Origin: Eledone cirrhosa
Taxonomy: Eukaryota
DNA length: 64,000 nucleotides
Direction of reading: 5' to 3'
NCBI GenBank assembly: GCA_964016885.1
Contig: OZ024743.1
Location: 160,828,001 to 160,892,000 of the forward strand
The stretch's first letter is position 1. The number at the start of each line of letters is the position of its first letter. Under the pieces are notes generated by a model, which was not told the origin of the DNA, made no database searches, and worked only from the letters and a program-made list of their open reading frames with translations. Below, in pieces: positions 13,680-26,079 of this stretch. Position numbers and translations under genes: made by a program.

Positions 13680-14810
13680 AGCATTAGAAATTTTAATCAA
13701 ACCACCAGCTGATAATAAATAGGAAACGTTGAAGAACAGATCATTGAAACATTCAGGTTGAATGAACATGCGGCAGCATCCAGAATATTAGATACCAATC
13801 GGTTGGGCGATTCCAAGCCTTCAGAATTTCTGGACAGAATGCTACCTTTAGTACCCCCTGGCGAATCACAAGGCAAAAGCCTCCGTTACGGAGAACGGAT
13901 CCAACCTTTGGTACCACTAATATTTCTACTATCAAAGCTTACGATCACCGAACACTCCCTTTACATAGGCTCACAAGATATACAGAGACATTCACCATAG
14001 CTGATGCCCAACAGCCAAATCAGAGCAATCGGGCCCTCACAGCGCTTGTTGATCTTCAGGGATGACGCCTTGTCAACAGCAAGACGTATGTCTCAGTTTC
14101 TCTGCTAACATCTGCAATGAGTTTTTAGACCTCCTTTTCAACCACCCGAATCTCACAAACCCGACATTCTTCCGACCCACAGCTTGCCATGAAGTAAAAC
14201 ACAACACTCCAACCACCGATCCTCCATTACATAGCCGGCTCATCTACCACCAAGATAAACTTGATATTGCGAAGGACGAGTTTGACAATATGGAAGCTTT
14301 GGAAATCGTTCGTCGATCAAACAGTCCCTGATCTTCACCTCTGCATGTCGTATCAAAACCCAACGTAGGTTGGTGACCCTGTGTAATTATCGCTGTCTCA
14401 ACAAAGACGCTACACCCAACCACAACCCTATTCCATATACACGAGACTTCTCTGCTCAGTTATCAGGGTGCTCAATGTTCACCAAAACCCACCTCCTACG
14501 AGGTTGTCATTAAATATCTGTACAAAATAATGATATTCCTAAGTCTGCTGTTATTACTCTTTTCGCACTGTGAATTTTTTAGTACATCTTTTGGGTTAGA
14601 AAACGCTGCACAATCCTATCAATGCTGAATGAACGCTGTGTGCCTCGGTCTATACTTTGTTTTGTATACATGGACGACATTCCTCTTGCAAGTCAAAATG
14701 CAGAACTCCATAAGAAGCACTTGTCTCTTTTTTATAGGCTTGAACAATACTGTTTGGTAGTTAATCCTTCAAAGTATGTCTTCGGTGTTAAAGAAATATC
14801 CCTCCATCTC
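13680..14810 (+). mobile_element. Decayed Ty3/Gypsy LTR-retrotransposon internal region (gag-like + RT)
   Basis: LGDSKPSEFLDRML (gag-like); AKDEFDNMEALEIVRRSNSP; FVYMDDI, LVVNPSKYVFG; many stops/frameshifts; no LTR recognised. Confidence 0.85.
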
Positions 14811-14984
14811 TTTGTCAGACACTTTGCCGAGGAGGCGTAGCCAGGAGATTCCTCTATAATCAGAGCTATCTCTCTCGTCTCTGCTTTTGAAAATTGGGAT
14901 TATTACTCTCAATTATCATTGCTTTCGTGTCTTTCCAGACATACAGGCCACCCGGAAAGTACTAGTTAACCAGAGCATACATGC

Positions 14985-15330
14985 TCTATTTAACAATTGT
15001 AATATATTGATCCGAATTTCTCCCTCCATGAAAGCATTGCAACGTTTGAACGCTTTAATTTGTCTGATGATTTCGGCTTCCGAGATGTTAGTCTTCTAAA
15101 TGCACCTCATGTACATCAGATGTTGTGACCGGAATTAGTCGATGTACCGTGTATTCTCTCTAATATGCGAAGATGCACCTTCCTTCAGAGAGAAAACCTC
15201 CTGTGTGAAAGAGGACTTCTTATTACGAAGTCATTGTGTGATGTGCCAGAATACTTTATTTGCTGATATAGGGTACTCCGATACCTTAATCTTGGACACC
15301 TTTTCTGTTCATACTGCGAATTTTCGCGTC
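14985..15330 (-). mobile_element. RTE-like LINE remnant (EN-RT linker)
   Basis: Reverse-complement similarity to 35200-35560 (SANKVFW...). Confidence 0.6.
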
Positions 15331-17059
15331 TACTTCAAGCTAGCTTTGTAAGTCTCCTTCTTTCTTTGGGAATTGAACCAAGGGGCTCTTCTACTACCCG
15401 TTGCCGCACTGAACCGCTTTCTCTCGCCATACTAATTAATAGTTGAAGCGGAAACTGTTGCGCTGAACAGTCTCCATTCCATTTCAACGTACTCAGTTTG
15501 TTTAGAAATGTTTCTGAAATTGGATGCAATAGTATTGCAAACCTAATTCTACGGAGTAGGGCAGACATACTTCCATGAAATATAAATTGCTGCAAAGGTG
15601 TTTTTTTCTAAATACATGACCTATTTTCTATACTCGAAGACTCAGCCTTTTTACAAGAGTGAATATTGTCATGTCCGAATTAAAATGATACATGTAACTT
15701 CTATATCCTTAGTCGGAGAGTGGGAGATATTAATCAAATTCTTGTAATAGAAGGAACTCTACCAAAGATCTCCATGGACCATGTGATGTCCTTATACCAA
15801 GTGGTGAATTATATCAACAATAAATGAAACTGTACAAACGGAGTGCTATCTAATCCGCAATGGGAACCAAAACTAAATACCACAGGAATATTATCCAACT
15901 CTCCTGGGTGTCTACCAAGCCACAGTACATGATTGGTACTTTATTGTATTGGTCCAGGGCTGATGAAAGGTAATGTTGACTCCAAACCTTCACCAAACTG
16001 CATTACCATGTGTTATAATGCGATACACTACACTGTATGGTACAGCATTATATTATACTACCCTACATTAAACTACACTACAGTACACTGCACTATGTTA
16101 CACTGCACTATGTTACATTATACTGTATAGCATTACAATACACCGAATCACACTGTACTACATCAAAGAATTTAAGACTAGCAAGTATATTTACAACAGT
16201 AAAACCATAACAAGTAACAACATAACACCCCAAACAACAACACGAATATCATGATGATGATTTCAGTGACAAAGGAGCAACAATAACAACAGTCACACAG
16301 TGGATTAGAGATATATTATTGAAATGGAATTTCATTAATGACTAGTTTTGGTGAGTAAAGTGTGTGTTTGAGAGGTTAAGAAGATTGAAAGTAAACTGTG
16401 TTAGCCGAGTGGGAAATGTATAAAATATTCGACGTAATCCCATTGTCTTTATTTAATGCTGCTTAGGATATCTTTTGTAACCACAAGCCAATAAAAGAGC
16501 CTCTACCTGATTTCTCATCTAACTAGAAATAGCACTCGGGATAATCTAACTTTAATGCATAATCTCAGTCTAAATAAGGGAGGGGACGATCACGGCTGGA
16601 ACGTCTTTGATCATATGTTTGCTGGATCAGAAACAACCTAAAACTAAACAACACCTTCTTTAACAAATGACTTTAGTTTGAAAAAGTACATATTTAGGAC
16701 ATTCTTTAAATGTTAGGCCTCTTTTCCTAAAACTATAGATCCACTGCAACCTCCAGTCCGAAATAATCCTAGCAGTATTTTTGTTTTATTCCAAAATATG
16801 TATTTTGTGTGAATACAAAGCAAAGGAAATCGCAGTGTATCATGTAAAGGTTTCAGTGGGATCTCGGTAGAGAAAATGATGAATCTATTACTCGAAGGAT
16901 GGTGAAGAAGATGCATTAAAATAGCTAGTCTTCCTAAATAGTATATAACTAACCAAATAACTGGTTGTTAATTTTTATCCAATCACGCTTCTGGCGTGTT
17001 TGGAAGGAAAGGAAGGAGTGCTAAAGATACTGGTCAGGTAGTGAGTCCCATTATCTATT

Positions 17060-17215
17060 GAATCATTAAGGTTGACAAAATCCTTAGAGCAATGAACAAA
17101 ATACTTTGCGGTATTTGTTTTGGCTCTTTGCATTCACAGTTCAAATCCCACCGAAAATACTTTGCCCTTCGTCATTCTGGGGTCGATAAAATATAGTACC
17201 AGTCTGAGTAGATTT
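17060..17215 (+). mobile_element. Diverged tRNA-derived SINE
   Basis: GTTCAAATCCC...TTTGCCCTTCGTC..TGGGGTCGATAAAATA.AGTACCAGT core. Confidence 0.6.
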
Positions 17216-20200
17216 AATAGAAAACATGTCCTCCCCGAAAGTGTGTGTCTGTGTTATAATTATAGTCTAATAGATCATTAGAGCTTACTACTGAAAACTT
17301 CATTTTTTGTAGTGTTTCTCGGACAGGTAAAGCAACGTAAGTTCATGAAACATTCATGAAACATTCGTTAATTTCAACTGATTGCCATTGATTAGTAAAA
17401 TCCCACAGACATAAGAAACATTTTAAAACAACATTAAAACAGTAATTTCTGTTCACAGAGGAAAGGATTTGGTGTTGTAACAGAGAATCTAAATTTGCAT
17501 AAAACCTAGCAGTTCTTGGAAGCAAAACTACAAATTTCAGTTTTCGGCACAGAGAAAACAATTAAACTTCCTCATTTCAAATACTTTGGTGGTGGTGCCG
17601 GCAGTGGTAGCTGTGTTGGTGTCGTTTTAGATGTTGTTATTATTGCTGCGCCTGAAAAAAGGATCTTCTATTGTGGCTACACAGAATATGTATTTTTTCC
17701 AATGTGCTCTGTTATTTTAATATAATAGAACGTGATTTGATGTATGCCTGGCTAAGATTTTTAGCAGGTCAAATAATATCTTAGACAGTACGTCACTGTC
17801 TGTAGTGTTGATTATGTTGATTGCAGCGTTGTGCTATAGCCCCAAATCAGCCTTGATCTAGCTGTCCGAGGACTACATTATCTACTGTATCCTCCTTTTT
17901 ATCGGATAGTAGCCTGTGATAGGAAGAGAATTTGGTCACTGGATTATTTCTAGCAAGTTGAGCTGCCACGTCGGTTTGTTAGGATGTCACCTATATGCGT
18001 TAAGTCCTGGACTATATATTTCTTCGAAAGTAAAATCCCTATCGTTACTTAATCAGTAATTCTGGCTGCTTTAAAAACAATAGTTAAGTAAGTATTAGCA
18101 TATTTAATATAGTGAGCATTCAAAATCAACATATAACTACTTATGCGGTGAAGAAAAGATAACCATAACACAAGGTCTAATGTAAATTTAACTATATATA
18201 CAAATACAGGAGAAATTTCAAGACATCATTGGTGAATGACGTCTCTGCGTAACTAACCTCAGTGATTTGTTTAAATACACTAATTGATTAAGCTCGCTCA
18301 TATATGTTACTGTACATCTACTTTGGAATTCTCTTATCACCATTTCTGCAAATACAGTGAGGTCTTTATATATTTGAGGAAGTCAGTAAAAACAAGCCAT
18401 GTGCGGAGTTCTTTCCATTACTTGTAAGGGGTGATTAGATTATTATTAGCTATTCAACTAACAGTGCTTTATCCACGCAGCATAAGTATTTCTAATCAAA
18501 TTTCTGAAGCTCACTAAATTAGATATGTCAACACTAAATGTATTGATATAAATCCTATATTGGCACAAGGCTACAGATTTTGTTTACAGTGAACATTAAG
18601 TTTAGAATTTCACTTTTGTCAAACAAATTTGAATGTGAAACGCTAAACTTCAGAATATCACTAGTATTTATTCAAGGTTACAAGGACGCCGCTACGTGAT
18701 CACATCACCTGCTAGAAATACCAGTTAGAAGTCTAATAAATTACACTTTGCCCTCTGAATAAAAGACGCGGCACAAATTGGATAATGTAGATAAACTTAT
18801 ACAATGCTCGATAGAGAAAGATAGTGTGGTCCTAAATAGAGTGCATTTGATCGTAACTGTTCAACCAGGGCTGACTAGAGGTTATCACGCAAAAAGCTAC
18901 AAGCAGTATTTAATTTATCGAAGCCAATGTGATGAAAATAAAAGTTCGTTAGCTTTGGTTGGCAGTCTGTCTAGGTAACGGATCACTCTGATTACAAAAC
19001 CGGAGTAGATAAAATTCCTTAATCACTTCATGACAAGGTTTCACCTTGTCATGAAGGTGGAATAACTGGGACTCGGTAACCAGAAAAGGATTCGGGGCCC
19101 ACCAACTTTCTCTTTATCACGATGAGAATTATGGACATGCAGCATCATATAGATGAGCATTGATGCAATCGTTCATTGTCCCCAAGTCCCAGTAATGAGG
19201 ATAAGAAGAGACCAGAACAGATGTAATGACACGTCATTCTACCGCCTTTCTCACTTTGCTGCCATAGAATATGAACCGGAAGCTATTGAACTCCAATAAC
19301 AGTTTTACAGACAGGTAAATAAACCCCAATTTGTGGTATAATTCAACTGATTGAATTATCCTGGTATCTATTTTATAGACACTTGGTTTCACTTGAACTG
19401 ATAACGTAGCAAATAAGTTTGCAATACACTCTGTACGATACTATAGCTTTCCTTTGACATCTGTTCAACTATTCTTAGTTAAATTGCATTCCCGAAGATT
19501 GTTTATTCATCTATTCTCTATTTAGTTATTTATTTAGTTAGTTATTTTGAGAGGCGAGAGTTTGTTTCTGCTAAATTCTTGGCAGTAAGGTCGGTTTGTT
19601 CCCCACTTCCAATCCTTCATTTAAATGCAGTTAGATAATTCCGTATTGTATATATCGTATCAGGTCATTCTTTAATGTCATAATTCGTAGGAAACTCCAC
19701 AACTGTGTCAGTCAACCTACCACTCAGTCATATTAATAAAAGACTTCAACTATAATAATATAAACATGTCACCAATAATGTATTTGTCCAGCCATCTGTT
19801 CTTTTCCCCTTCAACTGTCTAGTTCTAATCGATTATATATATCGTTTTTGGAGTACATTGCATGTTTGATCCTATTATTTTAATTTCTATGTTACATAAC
19901 ATCAATAAAATCACCTAACACGAAGCTTAGTAGATGATATTTACAAACATACTGCAGTTAGTAGCAGTCAGTTTTCTTGCAGAGTGCCTTGTTTGTTTTA
20001 TTTTATATGTAGATATTGAAGATAGTCGAGCGCGTGCTATAGTCTGATATATCCCGTATATGTTTGTGTGTGTGGGTGTGTGTGTGTACGTGTGTGTGTG
20101 TACGTGTATGTGTGTATGTGCGTGTTTGTAGTTGATTCTTTGTTTTGTTTAATTCACATAGACATAAATTCATACCACTTGTTCTTCATAGGTTTATATA

Positions 20201-20270
20201 CATCTATATACAATACACACGCCCATAAACACACATACACACATAGACACACACACAACCATACCATATG

Positions 20271-20302
<32 letters not shown>

Positions 20303-20340
20303 CATGTATGTGTCTTTATTTATATATATACATATATATG

Positions 20341-20397
<57 letters not shown>

Positions 20398-21081
20398 AGT
20401 GTAATTTACTACACAAAACGAAGGTTATAGAGAAAATTGAGGTTGGTAATGGCACATGGAATATATAAGAGACAGAATACTTTTTTGTGAAAAAACATAA
20501 TTTTATAAGGTAAGGAAATAATAAAGGGTATAAAAAATGACCGGTTTCGATGGGTCTGCAAAAGCCATCTTTTCAAATGTTGATTAATATTAAGAAAAAT
20601 TAATAATAAGAAGAGTTAAAATTCAAGTATAGAATTCATTGTGGGATTTCATAGTAGTTTTCATCTTGGTAGCAACTATATATAATCAAGATTTAGCAAA
20701 TAAGAAAAAGTTTTAAAATAAATTTTTAAAAGTTCACTGTACCTGCTATAATTACCCTTACCGCGCGGTTTCAAGTCTCAAAATAAATGGATAATCCATG
20801 CGGAAATTGAGAAGAAGATTTTCGTCAGAGGGTTCTTCTCACTCAGAGAATATAAAATTCCCGAGTTCAAATCACGAACTGGCGCCATACAGAACTGTTC
20901 CCGGATGAGAGTATATATATATATATATATATATATAAAGTGTCTTTCTTAAGGACATACCTTACTAACACCGAGAATCAAATTCACAGCCTCACGATTG
21001 CGGATCCAACTCTCTAGCATCTAGGTCACACACACACACACACACACACGCGCACACACACACACACATACACACACACTC

Positions 21082-21162
<81 letters not shown>

Positions 21163-21172
21163 TTACAGTAAA

Positions 21173-21425
21173 GTCTGTCCTTGAGGTAGAGATTTTATTA
21201 CACGTTGCAACAGTTCACTCCACTGCATAAATGAGTCACGATGTTTCTGGTACCAAGCTGTATCAGCCTTTGCCTTTCCCATGGACAACATCGATGATAT
21301 GAAGAGGAGGGCCCTGTTTGTATGCATGAGTGACTGATGGTCTTCACTAAAACACGCTGTCCGTGTATGTACCTCAGAAGGGAACATTTTAATTGGAAAT
21401 CCCATGAACATTCATGACCGAAGAG
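21173..21425 (+). mobile_element. Partial CORE-like SINE
   Basis: Similar to 10011-10255 (TGTCCTTGAG...CCAAGCTGT...CCCATGGACAA...AAATCCCATG..CATTC.TGACCGAAG). Confidence 0.7.
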
Positions 21426-21589
21426 TATAGTTGCCCTACACACGCATATGCATACACACACACATATATATAATTAAAATTAGAATTTTATTTCTCGCTC
21501 TAACACAGCTAATACATAAATGTAAGTATGCACACGTACACACGCACACACACACAACACACACACACATATATATATACACTTATATA

Positions 21590-21660
<71 letters not shown>

Positions 21661-21665
<5 letters not shown>

Positions 21666-21983
21666 CTCATAATCCTTTATTTACTGGTATATATATATTT
21701 CGATGATAGCCATTGAATGGCTCTGACGTCATCAGACAGTTAGTCACTTCTTAGATAAGCCAGCTCTGTGTTTATAGTGTTGATGGTATCAGAGCCTTGG
21801 GACATATGAGCTTGTTAGGAATAATTTAATGTTGTCTGCAGGAATAGTCTTAATTCTCATTGGTCAGTTTGTAGATGCTAGTAGGGTTGGCATTTGACCT
21901 CAAAGAGGCAGGTGGTGTTGTAAAGTTCAAACCGTCAGGCAAGATGACAATAGTTCCATATGACTGATTTTCACAAAAAAGCA
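21661..21983 (-). repeat. PLE terminal direct repeat (pLTR), 3' copy
   Basis: ~320 bp direct repeat of 25648-25964, bracketing the PLE ORF; contains hammerhead. Confidence 0.85.
21683..21740 (-). ncRNA. Type-I hammerhead ribozyme motif in pLTR
   Basis: actgt-CTGATGA-cgtcagagccat-tca-atggctatcatc-GAAA-tatatata-TA-ccagt. Confidence 0.65.
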
Positions 21984-22557
21984 TTCCTGGTCAGATATAT
22001 ATTCAATTAAGGTTAATAGTATGAAATAGATACTACGGGTCATTCTTAAATTGAGGAATTTATGTGGAGTGGTGCTACTGAAATTTTTGGTTAGAGTAGA
22101 AAATTTACAAATAAAAAGACTTATATAGGTTGGCTTGCACGTACACTCATACCCACCTCCACAGACACACACACACATCCACACATACAAAATATGGGGT
22201 GGTAATACTTAAAATAATGGTTAGAGTCCAATACTTAGATAGTTTAGAAAATTTAGAAAAGAAAGGTTTATGCTGGTTGACTTGTACATACACTCACACC
22301 TACCCCACTCAGACACACACACATCTACACACACACATCCATACAGGTGTGTATATATATATAAGTATGTATGTATGTACGCACAAGTATATATATATAT
22401 AAAATATATATATATACACAGAACATACATATATATGAAATATATATATATAAAATATATATATATACATAAAATATATACATATATAAAATATATACAC
22501 ACATAAAACATACATACATATATATAACATACACATACATATACATATGTATATATA

Positions 22558-22597
<40 letters not shown>

Positions 22598-22839
22598 ATA
22601 TATATAAAATACACATATATACACATATAATATATATATATATATACACATGATATATATATATATATAAAATCAGGTTCAATAAAACGTGGTTTTGATG
22701 ACTCCTAACCAGTAGAGGATCCGCTGGACCATCCACCATTGGGACCACAAACTATGGTTGGTTGTTGTTGTCCATTGGTCATTGGTACGGGGTGTAGGGG
22801 ACCTACAGGGGGGGCGTTGTGCGAGGCCGTAACCGGGGT

Positions 22840-25500
22840 TTATCCATATAGCTTGAGGAAAGTTCCCGTCCTTAGGTGTCTGCAGGCACCGAATAAGTCG
22901 GCCCTTCTGTTTAATAGCTTGGTTCCGCCATGAAGAATCCCGAGTGTCTCACTAAGACAGAGGTTGCAATTACCAGACCCTCCTCTGTCTGGGGGAACCT
23001 TTCGAACCACGGACCAGACCAGAGAGTGCGGGGTCTTTTCAAGTTTGAGCTTCCAGATCAATTCAGAAAGGGCCGTACATTTCCTCGTATTTATTCTGTT
23101 AAAGGAATGGCGATGGTTATACCAACGATCTTTGAAGCTTGTCGCTGTGGATCCTATGTAGTGGTGCTCCGTGTTAGGGGTTGTGACCTTGCACCTGTAG
23201 ACTACGTTTTTCGTCATGCATGCATTACTAAGGGGGCATAGTGATGGGTCTCTGCAATTACATGACTTCTTAAGCCCCACCACAGGTACCGCGTGGTTAC
23301 CATCACTTGGGGTTGGCTGGGTAGCCTCCGCAATCAGCACAGGGGCGTTGGGTTCCGGTGTGCTAGTTGGGCCTGTCCGGGTTCCGGTGCGTCCCGCGTG
23401 CTGGTTCTGTTGGGTGGCTCCGGGGTTTACGGTGGTATTAGAGGCAGTGAGCCTATTCCTATTTATGCCAGCTATGTTTTGGGCTACGGAGCGTGTGGTT
23501 GAGTAGGAAAGTTTCACGGTGTGCCCGTTGAATATTTTATGGTACTTGTGGGCCCTAGGGAAACATTTATCCAGTACTCTAAAGAATGTTCTAGCCAGGC
23601 TGGTACGTAGACCCACCGAGTACGGAGTGTTATACCATGTGACCTTCCTGGTCCTATTCTTGCGGGGTTGTTGGGTGTCCGCCGTAGGCCATCGCGTGGT
23701 TGTGCACAGCTCAGGTCGAACTCGGTTGGTGTCACTCAGGTGTGCGGAGCGGTCACTATCATGAGGGTTATATGGGCCCACGGTGGGGCTATAAACCTGC
23801 GAGGTGCGGCCTCCCTGTTCAATTAGGGTTCGGCGGGTGGTGGGGCCGGTGCAGGGGTGCCTATGCTCCGCAGCACAGTGGTCTTCAGCGTCGTAGGTAT
23901 TAGACCGGTGGGGTATGCGGGACCTTCTACCGGGGTGGTGACGGATAGGGGTCTGGGAGTGTTACTACTGGTCACCGAGGTATTAAGTGGGCGACTCATG
24001 AGCCTGAGTGTATTGGTCCGGGGTACCCTTGGGTCATCTCGATCATGTCCCTTAGGGTTATAGCTGATCCTATGGCTGTGGGACGCCTTAGCTAGCACTG
24101 AGTTATAGTAATCAGCGTTACTATTGAAGATATCTTTATTGGCCGACAGTTAGAGATCCTGTCAGAGACACTCTTAACTACGGCCTTAACTATAGATCTA
24201 GGGTGATTAGACCCAGCGTTGATATACACTAGCTTCTCATTGGGTTTATGATATGGGTGGTGTAGCTTGTTGTTGAGGTTGAGGGTGATGTCCAGGAAAT
24301 CCACTACTTTTCTATTGGGTTCCATCTCTACCTTAAGTCCTACCTTGCTAAAGAAGTGCCTAATTCTCCTCTTCATATTTTCGACCATTGTGGTGCTGTG
24401 GTTCACTACGGTGAAGAGTGCGTCGTCTCGGTACAGCCCGCTACCCAGGTTGGGTATTTTTCTCTTGTACTCGTAGAGTATGTATATCCCAACCAAGTCC
24501 GTTAGCTGCGCGGAGTCACTGGAGCCCATTGTAATGTCAAAATTATTTGGCCAGTTGCTCCGGGTCCATATGTCCCCACCGAATCGGATCAGGGTCTTTC
24601 TGGCGGCGTGTATGATTCGGACCTCGTCGCGTGTTAGGTCTGTCCTATTCATCGCGAATATGAGTGCCTTGTTCAGGACTATGGGCGAGATAGAGGAGTA
24701 GTAATTGTTGATGTCTAGTTGTATGAAGCTAGTCCTATGTTTGTCAGGTAAAAATGTAAACCAGTCCAGCACCTGGCTGGTGCAGGACCAGAGTTGTAAC
24801 CTTATTTTACTCTTAAGTGTGGGGAGGATCCTATCTAAAATGCTTTTGCTAAAAAACCCCATGTCTGACCGGGAGGGGGCTATCAGTCTGACCGGCAGGT
24901 TAGACTCGAAGTTTGGTTTGTGGTCCTTAATGGTAATCCTCGGCTCCCTTGGTTGGTATGGGGCCGTCGTATCATCTATACCAAAACCAGATACGATCTC
25001 ATAAGCCTTGATGTTGATATCGTCCAGGGTAGCCTCGGGCGTTTTTTTTTGTAGCTTTTTCTCTATTCCCTGAGGATTAGCTCATGGTAAAGTTGAACGT
25101 CCATGCTGTAAAGGTTGTTGGTTTTGACGGCATGGACGGGTATTCCTGTAGATTCCTTAAGCTCGGTAATTCCATTTTCCAGTCGTCTAAGGTACTCTCG
25201 ACACCGGTATGGTTGGTCGAAAAATTTGATGTTGGAAATGATGCCAATCATTTCGTTCTCGAACTCTTCCAGTAGTATGTGGGGGGGGGTTCTTCTTGAT
25301 CTGAAGAGGCACTCCATGGTTTTTTGGTTAATAATTGGGGTTTCCTCTAGCAAAGTGGTAGGCCCTCCACCTCATCCTGCGTATTAGGGAGTCAGTACTC
25401 TTAGTGAGATTCCTGGTGTATTCTCTTTTACCCGGTTATGGGATGTCCTTCAGTGATGCCAGAATGGTGTGTTTATTCATATTGGCTGCGGTCCGCTACT
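22840..25500 (-). pseudogene. Near full-length Penelope-like element ORF (N-term, RT, CxCx5C linker, GIY-YIG), frameshifted
   Basis: ORFs 25063-25353, 24092-24862 (DINNYYSSI, MGSSDSA, LYRDD, FLDI), 22840-23781 (CNCRDPSLC, VVY...YIGST..F..R...H, CNLC..E, LLN, CRH). Confidence 0.92.
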
Positions 25501-25647
25501 GTATGAAGCGCTCAACAGGGTGTGGAGCATGGGGTAAGCAAGAAAGTAAGTGTTGGGAAAATGCACTACTTCAGTATGCGGATAGGAACACTTAACGAAG
25601 ATATAAGTTCCGGAGTTATAATAGTGACGAAACATAAGTCAATTGCA

Positions 25648-25961
25648 TGAACTCATAATCCTTTATTTACTGCTATATGTTTCGATGATAGCCATTGAAT
25701 GGCTATGACATCATCAGGCAGTTTGTCAGTTCTTAGATATGCCAGCTCTGTGTTTATAGTGTTGATGGTATCAGAGCCTTGGGACATATGAACTTGTTAG
25801 GAATAATTTTATGTTGTCAGCAGAAATAGTCTTAATTCTCATTGGTCAGTTTGTAGATGCTAGTAGTGTTGGTATTTGACCTCAAAGAGGCAGGTGGTGT
25901 TGTAAAGTTCAAACCGTCAGGCAAGATGACAATAGTTCCATATGACTGATTTTCACAAAAA

Positions 25962-25964
<3 letters not shown>
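25648..25964 (-). repeat. PLE terminal direct repeat (pLTR), 5' copy
   Basis: Direct repeat of 21661-21983; abuts (TA)n. Confidence 0.85.
25669..25722 (-). ncRNA. Type-I hammerhead ribozyme motif in pLTR
   Basis: actgc-CTGATGA-tgtc-atagccat-tca-atggctat-catc-GAAA-cata-TA-gcagt; perfect 5-bp stem I. Confidence 0.75.
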
Positions 25965-25995
<31 letters not shown>

Positions 25996-26079
25996 ATAAT
26001 AATAAATTTGGAGACTAAAATCCAAAGAGGGCGCGATGAGGATAAATATATATCAAATATATAAGAACCGTAGAGCAAA

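Noticed and set aside
15062-15090. CTGATGA followed by a hairpin
   Set aside because: No GAAA/UH half; lies within an RTE coding remnant
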